41,646 bases of DNA from an uncultured Gammaproteobacteria bacterium (GTDB taxonomy: Bacteria > Patescibacteriota > Microgenomatia > CAYGWK01), in contig CAYGWK010000006.1 of the NCBI GenBank assembly GCA_964353785.1, positions 1 through 41,646 of the forward strand. Reading direction: 5' to 3'. The number at the start of each line of letters is the position of its first letter. The stretch's first letter is position 1. The notes under the pieces are model-generated. The model ran no database searches and was not told the DNA's origin. It worked only from the letters and a program-made list of their open reading frames with translations. The position numbers were made by a program, and so were the translations under genes. Below, one piece after another: positions 6,453 to 15,092 of the stretch.

Positions 6453-8735
6453 TTATTCTAATTCATAGGCTTGGACGAGATAATCTTTCGCCTGGCGGAA
6501 AAGAATCCGAAATTCTTCTTGGTCTTCTGGAGTCATTTTAAAAAGTTTTGCCCAGAATTTGAAATTTTTCTCCAAAATGGAAATACTCAAAATCGCTTCT
6601 TGGGTTTTAATTTGAGCCTGTTTTGTTTTCTTCTGATTTAAAAGAGAAATGATTTTGTCTACTTCTTGAATTCTTATCTCAATCGCTCCAACGAGTAGAA
6701 ATCGTACGGGTTTTTTCAGGTTTTGGGCTTTTACTTTTGCCTCATTTAATTTTTCTTTGGCTAAAATTATCAGCTGTAGCCTAGTTTGAAGAGGGTCAGG
6801 ATTATATGAAATTATATGAACTTGAGGTTGAATGGGATTTGTTTCTCCTTCCTCTTCGGTCCAGGTATCTCCGCTGGAGTTTATGTTTCCAATCAAAAGT
6901 CGGTAATGACCACCAGAACCTTCCTGATTAACTTCAATTTTATAATTGCCCAGGATGGGGTTTGGAATAAAGACTAATTTTTGATTTTCAGTAATTAGAT
7001 TATTATTAGGATCAAAAACAGTAATATTTGCTGGTGAGGCGATTTCAAAAACTAAAGAAGGTTCGTAAGTTATTTCTGGGGCTGGGATAATTTCAGATGG
7101 TGAAAGACCTAAAAGATCTATGATTGCCTGTTGACCCTCAATAGTTTCCACTAAATCACCATGGTCAAAACCAGGGAGATTAATGACGTGAGCCGCATTA
7201 TCAAGACTGGCACTAAAATTTAAAACAGCGTCGTCTCCAGTAGCATTTTCTTCGCTAACTGGCTTTCCATCAACCCATTTTCCCAAAAGTTGGTCAAGTT
7301 TATTTCTTTCTTGAATATTGATCCAGCGAAGAGTGCTGTTTTCTTTGACGCCAACAATAGTATTTAAAATTGAGATTAAAGGAACTGGAAGGGGAAGTTG
7401 ATTAAGAGACTCAAGCCAATTATTTTTCTGTTTCATCTCGGAAATTGGTTTTTCGACACCATTAATTTTTAAATAAGGGAAAGTTGGAAGGATATCTTTT
7501 AAAACTGGAACAACGTGTTGAATTGTTTCAACATTATTTTCAAAATTTTTCTTTTTGAGTTGAAGTAAAATTCCAGCCCCAATTCTTTGCCAACCCGACA
7601 ATCCCTTATTTAGCTGGGCTCCTTCCCAAAGATAATAAGTTTTTACCGCCCCTTTATGGGGAGAACCAAGAGTTAGAAGTTGATCAACCTGATTTTTAGG
7701 ATTTTTTTGAATGTAGGTTCTGGCAACAAGCCCACCAAGACTGTGACCGACCAAATCTATTTCGGTTCCAACAGGTGGCGGGTGTCTTGAAAGAAATTCT
7801 TTTAAATCATTATTAATTTCATCAACCGGCTTTCGCCAGTCATAGTTAAAAACAAAAAAGTTTTCGTCCTTGATATAACCAGCGTTTTGGAAGGTTTGGA
7901 TAATTCCATCGTAACTTTTGACACCAGGAGTCATATACCAATCTTCAGGTTTTTTGTCGGTCGCACCCAAAATCATCGCCTCATGATTCCAACTCGCCCC
8001 CAAGCCGGGAAGAAAGATAAGGGGTTGGAGAGGGGTTGAGGTAGGAGTTACGGTTGGGGTCGGGGTTGGAGAAGGCTCTATGCTAGTAACAAGAACGTTA
8101 TCATAATAGACTTCGGTAGGAGCAGACGCTCCTGTACTCGCAGCAAGAGCAATCCTGCCCTGGAGTACAGGATTTTCTATGTCTGTGTAGTTGATTAGTA
8201 AATTTTCATTTGCATAAACTTTAATATTGTTCCCCATGAGGATGATTTTAAATAAATGGGTGGTACCAGGAGGAAATGGAAGGTTTTTAGAGGCGAGGGA
8301 GGAAAACCCTCCTGGTAAAAATTTATACAGACGAATAACTTCATATGACATGTGAAGACCGTAACCTTGAGGCCAATTATAGATATGTCCCCCACCATCG
8401 TCATAAATAGAACGACTTTCAATTGACCGGAAGAATAAATTTTTATCTTCTCCAGAGATTGATGTCATTTCTACTTCGAATTGATAGTCTGTCCATGAGA
8501 AGTCTCCAGATTGAGTTTCTGCAATGGTAAATTTGGGTTCTATCTTAGTTCCGTAGCGATTGCTTCCCATGACAGATTTTATGCTCCAACTACCGTTTAT
8601 TACAGTCCATTGGTCTAAATTTCCGCTTTCAAAATCGTCTTGGAGAAGAATGGTAGCAGAGACGGGTTTTACAAAAATAAAAAAAATAAAAAGGAAGATA
8701 AAAATAAAAAAGATGAGGAAGGGTAGTTTCTTCAT
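6453..8735 (-). CDS. secreted multidomain protein: LamG/concanavalin-like domain, PT linker, alpha/beta-hydrolase lipase/esterase, beta-sandwich and helical tail
   Basis: Signal peptide MKKLPFLIFFIFIFLF...VSA. N-terminal DDFESGNLDQWTVINGSWSI (LamG/DUF1080-like). Linker PSPTPTPTVTPTSTP. Nucleophile elbow VGHSLGG. Start moved to M14 because a promoter lies inside the longer ORF. Confidence 0.75.
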   Translation of the reverse strand: MKKLPFLIFFIFIFLFIFFIFVKPVSATILLQDDFESGNLDQWTVINGSWSIKSVMGSNRYGTKIEPKFTIAETQSGDFSWTDYQFEVEMTSISGEDKNLFFRSIESRSIYDDGGGHIYNWPQGYGLHMSYEVIRLYKFLPGGFSSLASKNLPFPPGTTHLFKIILMGNNIKVYANENLLINYTDIENPVLQGRIALAASTGASAPTEVYYDNVLVTSIEPSPTPTPTVTPTSTPLQPLIFLPGLGASWNHEAMILGATDKKPEDWYMTPGVKSYDGIIQTFQNAGYIKDENFFVFNYDWRKPVDEINNDLKEFLSRHPPPVGTEIDLVGHSLGGLVARTYIQKNPKNQVDQLLTLGSPHKGAVKTYYLWEGAQLNKGLSGWQRIGAGILLQLKKKNFENNVETIQHVVPVLKDILPTFPYLKINGVEKPISEMKQKNNWLESLNQLPLPVPLISILNTIVGVKENSTLRWINIQERNKLDQLLGKWVDGKPVSEENATGDDAVLNFSASLDNAAHVINLPGFDHGDLVETIEGQQAIIDLLGLSPSEIIPAPEITYEPSLVFEIASPANITVFDPNNNLITENQKLVFIPNPILGNYKIEVNQEGSGGHYRLLIGNINSSGDTWTEEEGETNPIQPQVHIISYNPDPLQTRLQLIILAKEKLNEAKVKAQNLKKPVRFLLVGAIEIRIQEVDKIISLLNQKKTKQAQIKTQEAILSISILEKNFKFWAKLFKMTPEDQEEFRILFRQAKDYLVQAYELE

Positions 8736-8745
8736 CTTGTTTTTG

Positions 8746-8774
8746 AAGATAAACAATGAAAAATTGTTTGTCAA
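8746..8774 (-). promoter_or_regulatory. promoter of the secreted lipase gene (-35 TTGACA comp 8769-8774, 17-nt spacer, -10 TATCTT comp 8746-8751)
   Basis: Read on the minus strand. ATG (comp 8733-8735) is 10 nt downstream. Confidence 0.45.
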
Positions 8775-8796
8775 GAGGTAATTTTGATGATAAGAT
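8768..8796 (+). promoter_or_regulatory. promoter of the glycan cluster (-35 TTGTCA 8768-8773, 17-nt spacer, -10 TAAGAT 8791-8796)
   Basis: Read directly. Its -35 overlaps the divergent -35 as the palindrome TTGTCAA. ATG 8808 is 11 nt downstream. Confidence 0.45.
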
Positions 8797-8807
8797 TAAA
8801 GATAATT

Positions 8808-9554
8808 ATGAAAAAGGAGTCGTCACTTCTTTACGAGAAGTTTAATAAAGGAATTGAACCGCAAAAAAGAATCATTGGAAAGAAAAATTTTACTTATCGC
8901 TTAATTCTGGATGTTTTAGAACCCTATTTGGCAAAAGGAAAACGGGTTTTAGATATAGGGTGTGGCGCTGGAACTTTGAGTTTTTACATTGCGAAAAGAG
9001 GGAATCAAGTGGTAGGCATAGATATCTCTTTAAATTCCATAAGAACCTGTTGTCTCTCAGTTAAAAATCTTGGATTGGAGAATAATGTAGAATTCAGACA
9101 ATTAAATTTTCCTAAGGACCCAATTAAAGGGTGTTTTGATCTTGTTTTATGTATAGAAGTTTTGGAACATCTTCCAGAAGACAAAAAGGCAATCAACTAT
9201 ATATTTAAATTGTTGTTACCCAACGGAATAGCGATAATCTCAACTCCTTCAAAGAATGCTCCATTATATAGACTAAGTTATTCAAAAAATTTTGATAGAA
9301 AAGTTGGACATCTGCGTCGCTACTCAGAAAATGAATTAAAAACTATTGTTTCTGAATCAGGTTTTAAAATTTTAGAAGTTCGGAAAACAGAGGGTGTATT
9401 AAGAAACTTCCTTTTTTTAAATAATATCGCTGGTAAAAGTATTAGACTATTAAATAAAATAGGCTTTTTGTCAGATTTAATAACTTTATTGGATAAATTA
9501 ACTATATCTTTTTTTGGAAACTCAAATATTATTTTTGTCGCCCAAAAGCCATGA
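8808..9554 (+). CDS. class I SAM-dependent methyltransferase
   Basis: Motif I VLDIGCGAGTLS and post-I DLVLCIEVLEHL. Start set at ATG 8808 because the promoter covers the TTG/ATG at 8784-8789. Confidence 0.8.
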   Translation: MKKESSLLYEKFNKGIEPQKRIIGKKNFTYRLILDVLEPYLAKGKRVLDIGCGAGTLSFYIAKRGNQVVGIDISLNSIRTCCLSVKNLGLENNVEFRQLNFPKDPIKGCFDLVLCIEVLEHLPEDKKAINYIFKLLLPNGIAIISTPSKNAPLYRLSYSKNFDRKVGHLRRYSENELKTIVSESGFKILEVRKTEGVLRNFLFLNNIAGKSIRLLNKIGFLSDLITLLDKLTISFFGNSNIIFVAQKP

Positions 9555-10588
9555 AAATCCTTTTTCTTTCTCATTTTTATCATCCGCATATTGGTGGAGT
9601 GGAGAAGCATGTGGAGGAGATTACCAAAAGATTGATTAAGAGGGGTTACGAGATAACAATTGTGACTGAAGAACTTGAAAATACTAAGCAATTTGAAACA
9701 GTAAACGGCGTAGAAGTTTTTCGAGTCCCCTATCCAAAAATCCGCTTTTTAGGTCTTTTAAAAATTTGGTTTTGGTTTTTGAAAAATGTTAGTTTAATTA
9801 ATCAAAGTGACTTGGTTCATTGCCACGATGTTTTTATTTGGTATTTACCAATGCGTTTTTTGTTTCCCACCAAACCAGTTTATACGACTTTCCATGGCTA
9901 TGAGGGTTCGGAGCCCCCAAGTCGTAAAGCCATCTTTCTGCATAAGTTAACTGAGAAGCTTTCATGGGGTAATATCTGTATCGGCGACTTTCATAAGAAA
10001 TGGTATAGAGTTAAACCGGCTTTTGTTTCTTATGGTGGAGTTAAAAAAGTTAAGACTTCCGAGTTCAAGAGCAAAAAGAAAAATGCTATTTTTCTTGGGC
10101 GTCTGGCCAAGGATACAGGGATTATTACTTATATTGAAGCCCTGGCAGTCCTTAAAAGAGGAAATATCAACATCTTTCTTGAACTTTTTGGTGACGGGCC
10201 AATAAGGCAGGAAGCAGAGAGGTTGGCCAAAAAATATGATCTTGACTGCCAATTCCATGGGTTTGTAAAGGGCGCTGATAGAAAGCTTTCAAGATTTAGA
10301 TTTGCTTTTGTTTCCCGATATTTGGCAATTCTAGAAGCGATGGTAAGAAAAAGACTTGTTTTTGCTATTTTTGATAATAAGATAAAAATGGACTACCTTA
10401 ATATGGCCCCATTTGCAAAATGGATAGTCATTGAAAAAGAACCAGACAAATTGGCTGAAAAATTAAATTATTATCTGGCTCATCCGGAAAAGGAAAAAGA
10501 ACTTGTTGATAAGGCTTACCAGTGGGCCAAAAAACAGACTTGGGAGAAAGTAGTTGATATGTATTTAAAACTTTGGGAGGAAAAATGA
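9551..10588 (+). CDS. glycosyltransferase family 4 (GT-B fold)
   Basis: N-terminus MKILFLSHFYHPHIGGVEKHV is typical of GT4. ATGA overlap with the upstream gene. Confidence 0.8.
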   Translation: MKILFLSHFYHPHIGGVEKHVEEITKRLIKRGYEITIVTEELENTKQFETVNGVEVFRVPYPKIRFLGLLKIWFWFLKNVSLINQSDLVHCHDVFIWYLPMRFLFPTKPVYTTFHGYEGSEPPSRKAIFLHKLTEKLSWGNICIGDFHKKWYRVKPAFVSYGGVKKVKTSEFKSKKKNAIFLGRLAKDTGIITYIEALAVLKRGNINIFLELFGDGPIRQEAERLAKKYDLDCQFHGFVKGADRKLSRFRFAFVSRYLAILEAMVRKRLVFAIFDNKIKMDYLNMAPFAKWIVIEKEPDKLAEKLNYYLAHPEKEKELVDKAYQWAKKQTWEKVVDMYLKLWEEK

Positions 10589-11679
10589 AAATAGGATTTG
10601 ATGGAAGATATGCTGAAGGAGATTTGGCTGGGGTGGGGAAGTATATTTTAAATTTAGTTTCAGAACTTGCTAAAAAAGATATTAAGTGCATAATTTTTTA
10701 TTCTAAACAGCCAAAACATCCGATTCCAGGCAAAAATAAATCCTCAAGAGTCCTTCATTCAAAAAATCGCTATATTTTTGAGCAGATTAAATTACCTTTA
10801 GCCTTAAAAGAAGAAAAGGTAGATATTTATCATGCCCTTGGAAATATTGGAGTTCCCTGGTTTTGTCCAGTTCCGGCGGTTTTAACGGTTCATGACATTA
10901 TTCCGCTTTTAATAAAAGACTACTTTAATTATTCAAAGTATAAGTTTATCACTGAATTTTCTTATCTTTTTCGTTTAAAGACTTCGCTTTGGAAAGCAAA
11001 AAGAGTAATTGTTGATTCTGAATTTACCAAAAAAACTCTGGTAGAGAAGTTTGGAGTAAAACCAATAAAAATAAAAGTTATTTATTTAGGTTCTCCTGAA
11101 GTAAATCTCAAGACAAATGGGTTACCTTCTGGCCTGGAACCCGGAAAATATATTCTTAACCACGGTGGAATTGATATTCGGAAAAATTTGGATCGGTTAA
11201 CTCGGGCTTTTGCTAAAGTAACTTCTGAAATGCCAGAATTAAAATTAGTCATCGCTGGCGAGAATGAGGGAATGAGAAAAGATTTGGAAAAATTAGCCAA
11301 AAATTTGAAAATTGAGAATTCAGTTGTCTTTCCAGATTATGTTGAAGAAGAGACTCTCTGGTCTTTAATACGGCAGGCAAGTTGTATTTGTTATCCCTCT
11401 TTAATTGAGGGATTTGGGGGACCGGTTTTGGAGGGCTTTGCCGCTGGGGTGCCAGTCATTACTTCAAACACTTCAAGTCTACCAGAAGTTGCTGGCGAAG
11501 CGGCCTTGCTGGTTAATCCTGAAAATGAAGACGAAATTGCTCAAGCGATTATGAAAGTAACAGGAGAGAAAGAAACAAGAGACAAGTTAATTAAGAAAGG
11601 GAAAGAAAGAGTCAAACAATTTTCTTGGGAAAAAACTGCCGAGGAGGTAGTCAAAGTTTATAAAGAAGTCTCAGAATGA
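10585..11679 (+). CDS. glycosyltransferase family 4/1 (GT-B fold)
   Basis: C-terminal EGFGGPVLEGFAAGVPVITSNTSSLPEV (E-x7-E region). ATG 10585 is preceded by GGGAGG and forms an ATGA overlap; preferred over TTG 10573. Confidence 0.85.
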   Translation: MKIGFDGRYAEGDLAGVGKYILNLVSELAKKDIKCIIFYSKQPKHPIPGKNKSSRVLHSKNRYIFEQIKLPLALKEEKVDIYHALGNIGVPWFCPVPAVLTVHDIIPLLIKDYFNYSKYKFITEFSYLFRLKTSLWKAKRVIVDSEFTKKTLVEKFGVKPIKIKVIYLGSPEVNLKTNGLPSGLEPGKYILNHGGIDIRKNLDRLTRAFAKVTSEMPELKLVIAGENEGMRKDLEKLAKNLKIENSVVFPDYVEEETLWSLIRQASCICYPSLIEGFGGPVLEGFAAGVPVITSNTSSLPEVAGEAALLVNPENEDEIAQAIMKVTGEKETRDKLIKKGKERVKQFSWEKTAEEVVKVYKEVSE

Positions 11680-12641
11680 CCAGCTCATTAGTGATTACGG
11701 TTTTAAATGAAGAAAGAACAATCGAAAAACTTCTTGAGGCGTTGAGAGAACAAACCCAAAAACCAGAGGAGATTATTTTTGTTGATGGGGGGTCGACCGA
11801 TGCCACAGCATCGGTAATTTCCAATTTCCAATTTCCAATTTCCAATAAGAGAACGAAAATTAAATTTCTTGAAAAACCAGGAGCCTCAATTGCCCAAGGA
11901 AGAAATTTTGGCATAAGAAAAGCAAAAGGAGAGATTATTGTCATGACTGACGCCGGATGTATTCCTCACCGAGACTGGTTTGAAAAAATTACCGAACCTT
12001 TCAGTAAAGATGATATTGATATTGTGGCTGGATTTTATCAGATGATTGGAGAGACAGTTTTTCAAAAATGCCTGGTTTGTTATTTAGGAATTTTACCAGA
12101 AAAACTTGACCCAGAAAATTTTATGCCTTCAGCCCGCTCTATTGCTTTTAAGAAGGAAATTTGGGAGAAAATTGGTGGATTTAATGAAAAAATGGAGTGG
12201 GGAGGCGAGGATACCCTCTTTAATTATCAGGCAAAGCGTTTGGGAGCAAAATTTTTAACAGTTTCCGAGGCTTTAGTTGATTGGGAAATGTCAAAGACTT
12301 GGAGAAAAGCAATTAAAAAATTTTATGGTTATGCTAAAGGCGATGGGCAAGCCGGCATTTGGTGGCATCCAAACCAGCGGTTTTCTACCCACAACCTCAA
12401 AATTAGTGCTATCTACGCCAGATATATCCTAGGTGTAGCGCTTCTCATTATGGGATTTTGGTTAAAACCGCTATGGGCCTTACTTTTGATTGGATTTTTC
12501 TTATATCTAGTTTGGGCGGTCAGCAAGAACTATAATTATGTGAGAAGATTGAAAGCAATTTTCTTTTTGCCAACAATTCAAATTATTTCCGACTTGGCGG
12601 TGATGGCTGGTTTTCTGGTCGGAACCATCAAAAAAGTATGA
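11676..12641 (+). CDS. glycosyltransferase family 2 with C-terminal TM segments
   Basis: VITVLNEERTIEKLLEAL...FVDGGSTD...MTDAG pattern of GT-A/GT2, plus hydrophobic C-terminal helices. Contains heptamer tract 11816-11846. Confidence 0.85.
   Translation: MTSSLVITVLNEERTIEKLLEALREQTQKPEEIIFVDGGSTDATASVISNFQFPISNKRTKIKFLEKPGASIAQGRNFGIRKAKGEIIVMTDAGCIPHRDWFEKITEPFSKDDIDIVAGFYQMIGETVFQKCLVCYLGILPEKLDPENFMPSARSIAFKKEIWEKIGGFNEKMEWGGEDTLFNYQAKRLGAKFLTVSEALVDWEMSKTWRKAIKKFYGYAKGDGQAGIWWHPNQRFSTHNLKISAIYARYILGVALLIMGFWLKPLWALLLIGFFLYLVWAVSKNYNYVRRLKAIFFLPTIQIISDLAVMAGFLVGTIKKV
11816..11846 (+). repeat. tandem heptamer tract (AATTTCC) x4.4
   Basis: Counted directly: units at 11816, 11823, 11830 and 11837, plus a partial unit. 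In frame inside GT2 (peptide SNFQFPISN). Confidence 0.95.
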
Positions 12642-13396
12642 TTTCTGTTGTTATCTTAACCAAAAATGAAGAGAAAAATATTGAGGCGTGTTTGAAGACT
12701 TTGAAATGGTGCGATGAGATAGTCGTAATTGACGATAATTCAGAAGATAAGACAGTCGAGATAGCCAAAAAATTGGGCGCTAGGGTCTTTTTACGGGCTT
12801 TGGAAGGCGATTTTTCAGCCCAGAGGAATTTTGCCCTTCGGCAGGCTCAGGGTGATTGGGTTTTATTTGTTGATGCTGACGAGCAAGTCTCACCGCAACT
12901 TCGAGCAGAAATAAAATCAGCCATTAATCATGAATCATCAACCATCAATGGATTTTATTTGAAACGAGAGGATAGAATTTGGGGAAGAGTCTTAAAACAT
13001 GGAGAAACGGCTAATGTCAGACTCTTAAGACTAGCCAAAAAAACTGCTGGTACCTGGAAAAGAAGAGTTGATGAATATTGGGGAATCGCAGGTCTTACGG
13101 ATATTTTAAAAAATCCTTTGATTCACTCTCCCCATCAAACAATAAGTGAATTTTTAGAAAGTATTAATTTTTTCTCAGGTCTTAATGCCCAGGCTTTTTA
13201 CAATGAAGGGAAACAAACCACATTTGTTGATTGGTTTAAACCGCCGCTAAAATTTATCCAAAATTGGATTTTTCGTTTAGGGTTTTTGGATGGAATGCCT
13301 GGTTTTACTGTCGCTTTAATGATGAGTTTTCACTCATTTTTGGTTCGGGCAAAGCTTTATTTACTTTGGAAGCAGGAAGGAAGATGGAGCGGATGA
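12638..13396 (+). CDS. glycosyltransferase family 2
   Basis: ISVVILTKNEEKNIEACLKTLKWCDEIVVIDDNSED and FVDADE (DxD) motifs. Confidence 0.85.
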   Translation: MISVVILTKNEEKNIEACLKTLKWCDEIVVIDDNSEDKTVEIAKKLGARVFLRALEGDFSAQRNFALRQAQGDWVLFVDADEQVSPQLRAEIKSAINHESSTINGFYLKREDRIWGRVLKHGETANVRLLRLAKKTAGTWKRRVDEYWGIAGLTDILKNPLIHSPHQTISEFLESINFFSGLNAQAFYNEGKQTTFVDWFKPPLKFIQNWIFRLGFLDGMPGFTVALMMSFHSFLVRAKLYLLWKQEGRWSG

Positions 13397-13509
13397 AGAA
13401 TGTCAAATGTCAAATGTCAAATGTCAAATGTCTGCTTTTTGTTGCTTGGGCGGGATTTGTGATGATTAAATATATCCTGATGTTGGGCAAAAGGGGAGGA
13501 ATGTGGTAA
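13393..13509 (+). CDS. candidate 38-aa coupling ORF / small membrane peptide (MKNVKCQMSNVKCLLFVAWAGFVMIKYILMLGKRGGMW)
   Basis: ATG 13393 forms the same ATGA overlap with the upstream stop that links every other gene of the cluster. Its stop (13507-13509) overlaps the GTG start of the next gene. It has a hydrophobic core, and its first 13 codons are the heptamer tract. Confidence 0.3.
   Translation: MKNVKCQMSNVKCLLFVAWAGFVMIKYILMLGKRGGMW
13399..13432 (+). repeat. tandem heptamer tract (AATGTCA) x4.9
   Basis: Counted directly. Starts 3 nt after the GT2 stop codon. Confidence 0.95.
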
Positions 13510-15092
13510 GACTAGCCATCGCTTTGGGAATTTATTCTTATTTGATTTTGGCTCTGGGACTTTTGGGGCTTTTATACAAACTTCCTGTGTTTTTAGTATC
13601 TTTGCCATTTTTCGTTTGGGGAATAATTTGGATTAGAAAAAGAAAACTGAAAAATTGGGCAAATTGGAGGAAATTTGACTTATTGGAGTTACCGTTATTG
13701 GGAATTTTAGGAATTCAGGTGGTAATCAATTTTTTAGGAGCGATTTCTCCCGAACTTTCTTTTGACGCTTTGTGGTATCACCTTACTCCCCCAAAACTTT
13801 ATGTTCAAAATCATCAGATTTTCCATATTCCTGGTTGGCTTCTTTCGGTTTCAACCCTACCACGTCTGACGGAAATGTTTTACACTGTCGCCCTTCTTTT
13901 TTCAAATGAAATTTTGGCAAAACTTATCCATTTTGGTTTTGGGATTTTGGCGGCAGTCGCTTTATTTAATTTACTGAAGCGATATTTAAGTTTCAGATTT
14001 TCTCTTTTGGGAGTAGTTACTTTCTACACCATGCTTATGGTTGGCTGGCAGTCAACTACCGCTTATGTAGATTTGACGAGAACCTTTTTTGAAATTTTGG
14101 CTTTAGATTTATTTTTGAGATGGGTTGAAACAAAGAAAGAAAATTTTCTTTGGGAAGCGGGAATTTTGACTGGTTTGGCAATATCAACTAAGATTTTGGC
14201 TTTTGGGACTTTGGGGACTTTAGGGATATTGATTTTATTGGTGAGTAGAGAAAAAAAATTTGGAAGATTGGTCAAATTTGTCTTATTAGCATTGCTAGTA
14301 GTCTCGCCTTGGCTTGCTCTCTCTTTCATAAATACTGGAAACCCCTTATTTCCTCTTTTTGGAGGCGTTCGTGAACCAAGTATCTCGATTGAAGGACCAG
14401 GTTTTTCCTGGATTAGCGAGAATATCGGCAAGCTCCCACTTCTTCTTTGGAATACCACTATTCACCCAGACGATATTATTTCTCCGGTTTATCTTATTTT
14501 TCTACCTTTGGTTTTAATTTTTATCTGGAAACAAAAATTGCCAATTAAAATTACCGCTTTATACTGTCTTTTAGGAGTCTTCTTTGCTCCAGCTGCCTCT
14601 AATCGTTATCTTTTACCATATCTTCCAGGTTTAACCCTGGTAACTTTTGCTGTTTTAGATTTTTACCTTAAGCAAAAGAAAATTTTAGAAAAGATTTTTC
14701 TGGGAATTGTAATCTTCTCTGCTGTTTTAAACACTGGAAGTAGGGGACTGGCAACACAAAAATTTTTGCCTTATCTTTTGGGAAAAGAAACAAAAGCCAA
14801 GTTTTTGACTAAGTATCTTAATTTTTCTTTTGGTGATTTTTATGATGTTGACGGTTGGTTTGAGGAAAATATTAAAAAAGAAGATTTAGTTTTAATTTAT
14901 GGTATTCACAATCTTTATTATATTGATTTTCCTTATGTTCACGAATCTTGGGCGTCACCTGGTACCTATTTCACTCATATCTTGGTTGGTGGAGGAGAAA
15001 ATTTGCCGGAAAAATTTGGCAAGAAACTTCTAATTTATCAAAATCCGAAAACACAGGTAAAACTGTATGTTTTTGGAGAGAAATATAAATGA
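13503..15092 (+). CDS. GT-C fold membrane glycosyltransferase (ArnT/PMT, GT39/GT83-like)
   Basis: 529 aa, many TM helices, first-loop motif SFDALWYH, soluble C-terminal domain. GTG start; GGAGG lies only 3 nt upstream. Confidence 0.6.
   Translation: MVRLAIALGIYSYLILALGLLGLLYKLPVFLVSLPFFVWGIIWIRKRKLKNWANWRKFDLLELPLLGILGIQVVINFLGAISPELSFDALWYHLTPPKLYVQNHQIFHIPGWLLSVSTLPRLTEMFYTVALLFSNEILAKLIHFGFGILAAVALFNLLKRYLSFRFSLLGVVTFYTMLMVGWQSTTAYVDLTRTFFEILALDLFLRWVETKKENFLWEAGILTGLAISTKILAFGTLGTLGILILLVSREKKFGRLVKFVLLALLVVSPWLALSFINTGNPLFPLFGGVREPSISIEGPGFSWISENIGKLPLLLWNTTIHPDDIISPVYLIFLPLVLIFIWKQKLPIKITALYCLLGVFFAPAASNRYLLPYLPGLTLVTFAVLDFYLKQKKILEKIFLGIVIFSAVLNTGSRGLATQKFLPYLLGKETKAKFLTKYLNFSFGDFYDVDGWFEENIKKEDLVLIYGIHNLYYIDFPYVHESWASPGTYFTHILVGGGENLPEKFGKKLLIYQNPKTQVKLYVFGEKYK

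Noticed and set aside
8640-8735. A/T-rich low-complexity run (aaaaaataaaaaggaagataaaaataaaaaag)
   Set aside because: It is the reverse complement of the Phe/Ile-rich signal peptide (FLIFFIFIFLFIFFIF) of the secreted lipase, not an independent repeat element.
14190-14232. Approximate 9-nt repeat TTTGGGACT TTGGGGACT TTAGGGATA
   Set aside because: It encodes LAFGTLGTLGILILL inside a TM helix of the GT-C protein. The unit is a multiple of 3, and neither unit length nor consensus matches the heptamer family, so it is ordinary codon-level repetition.
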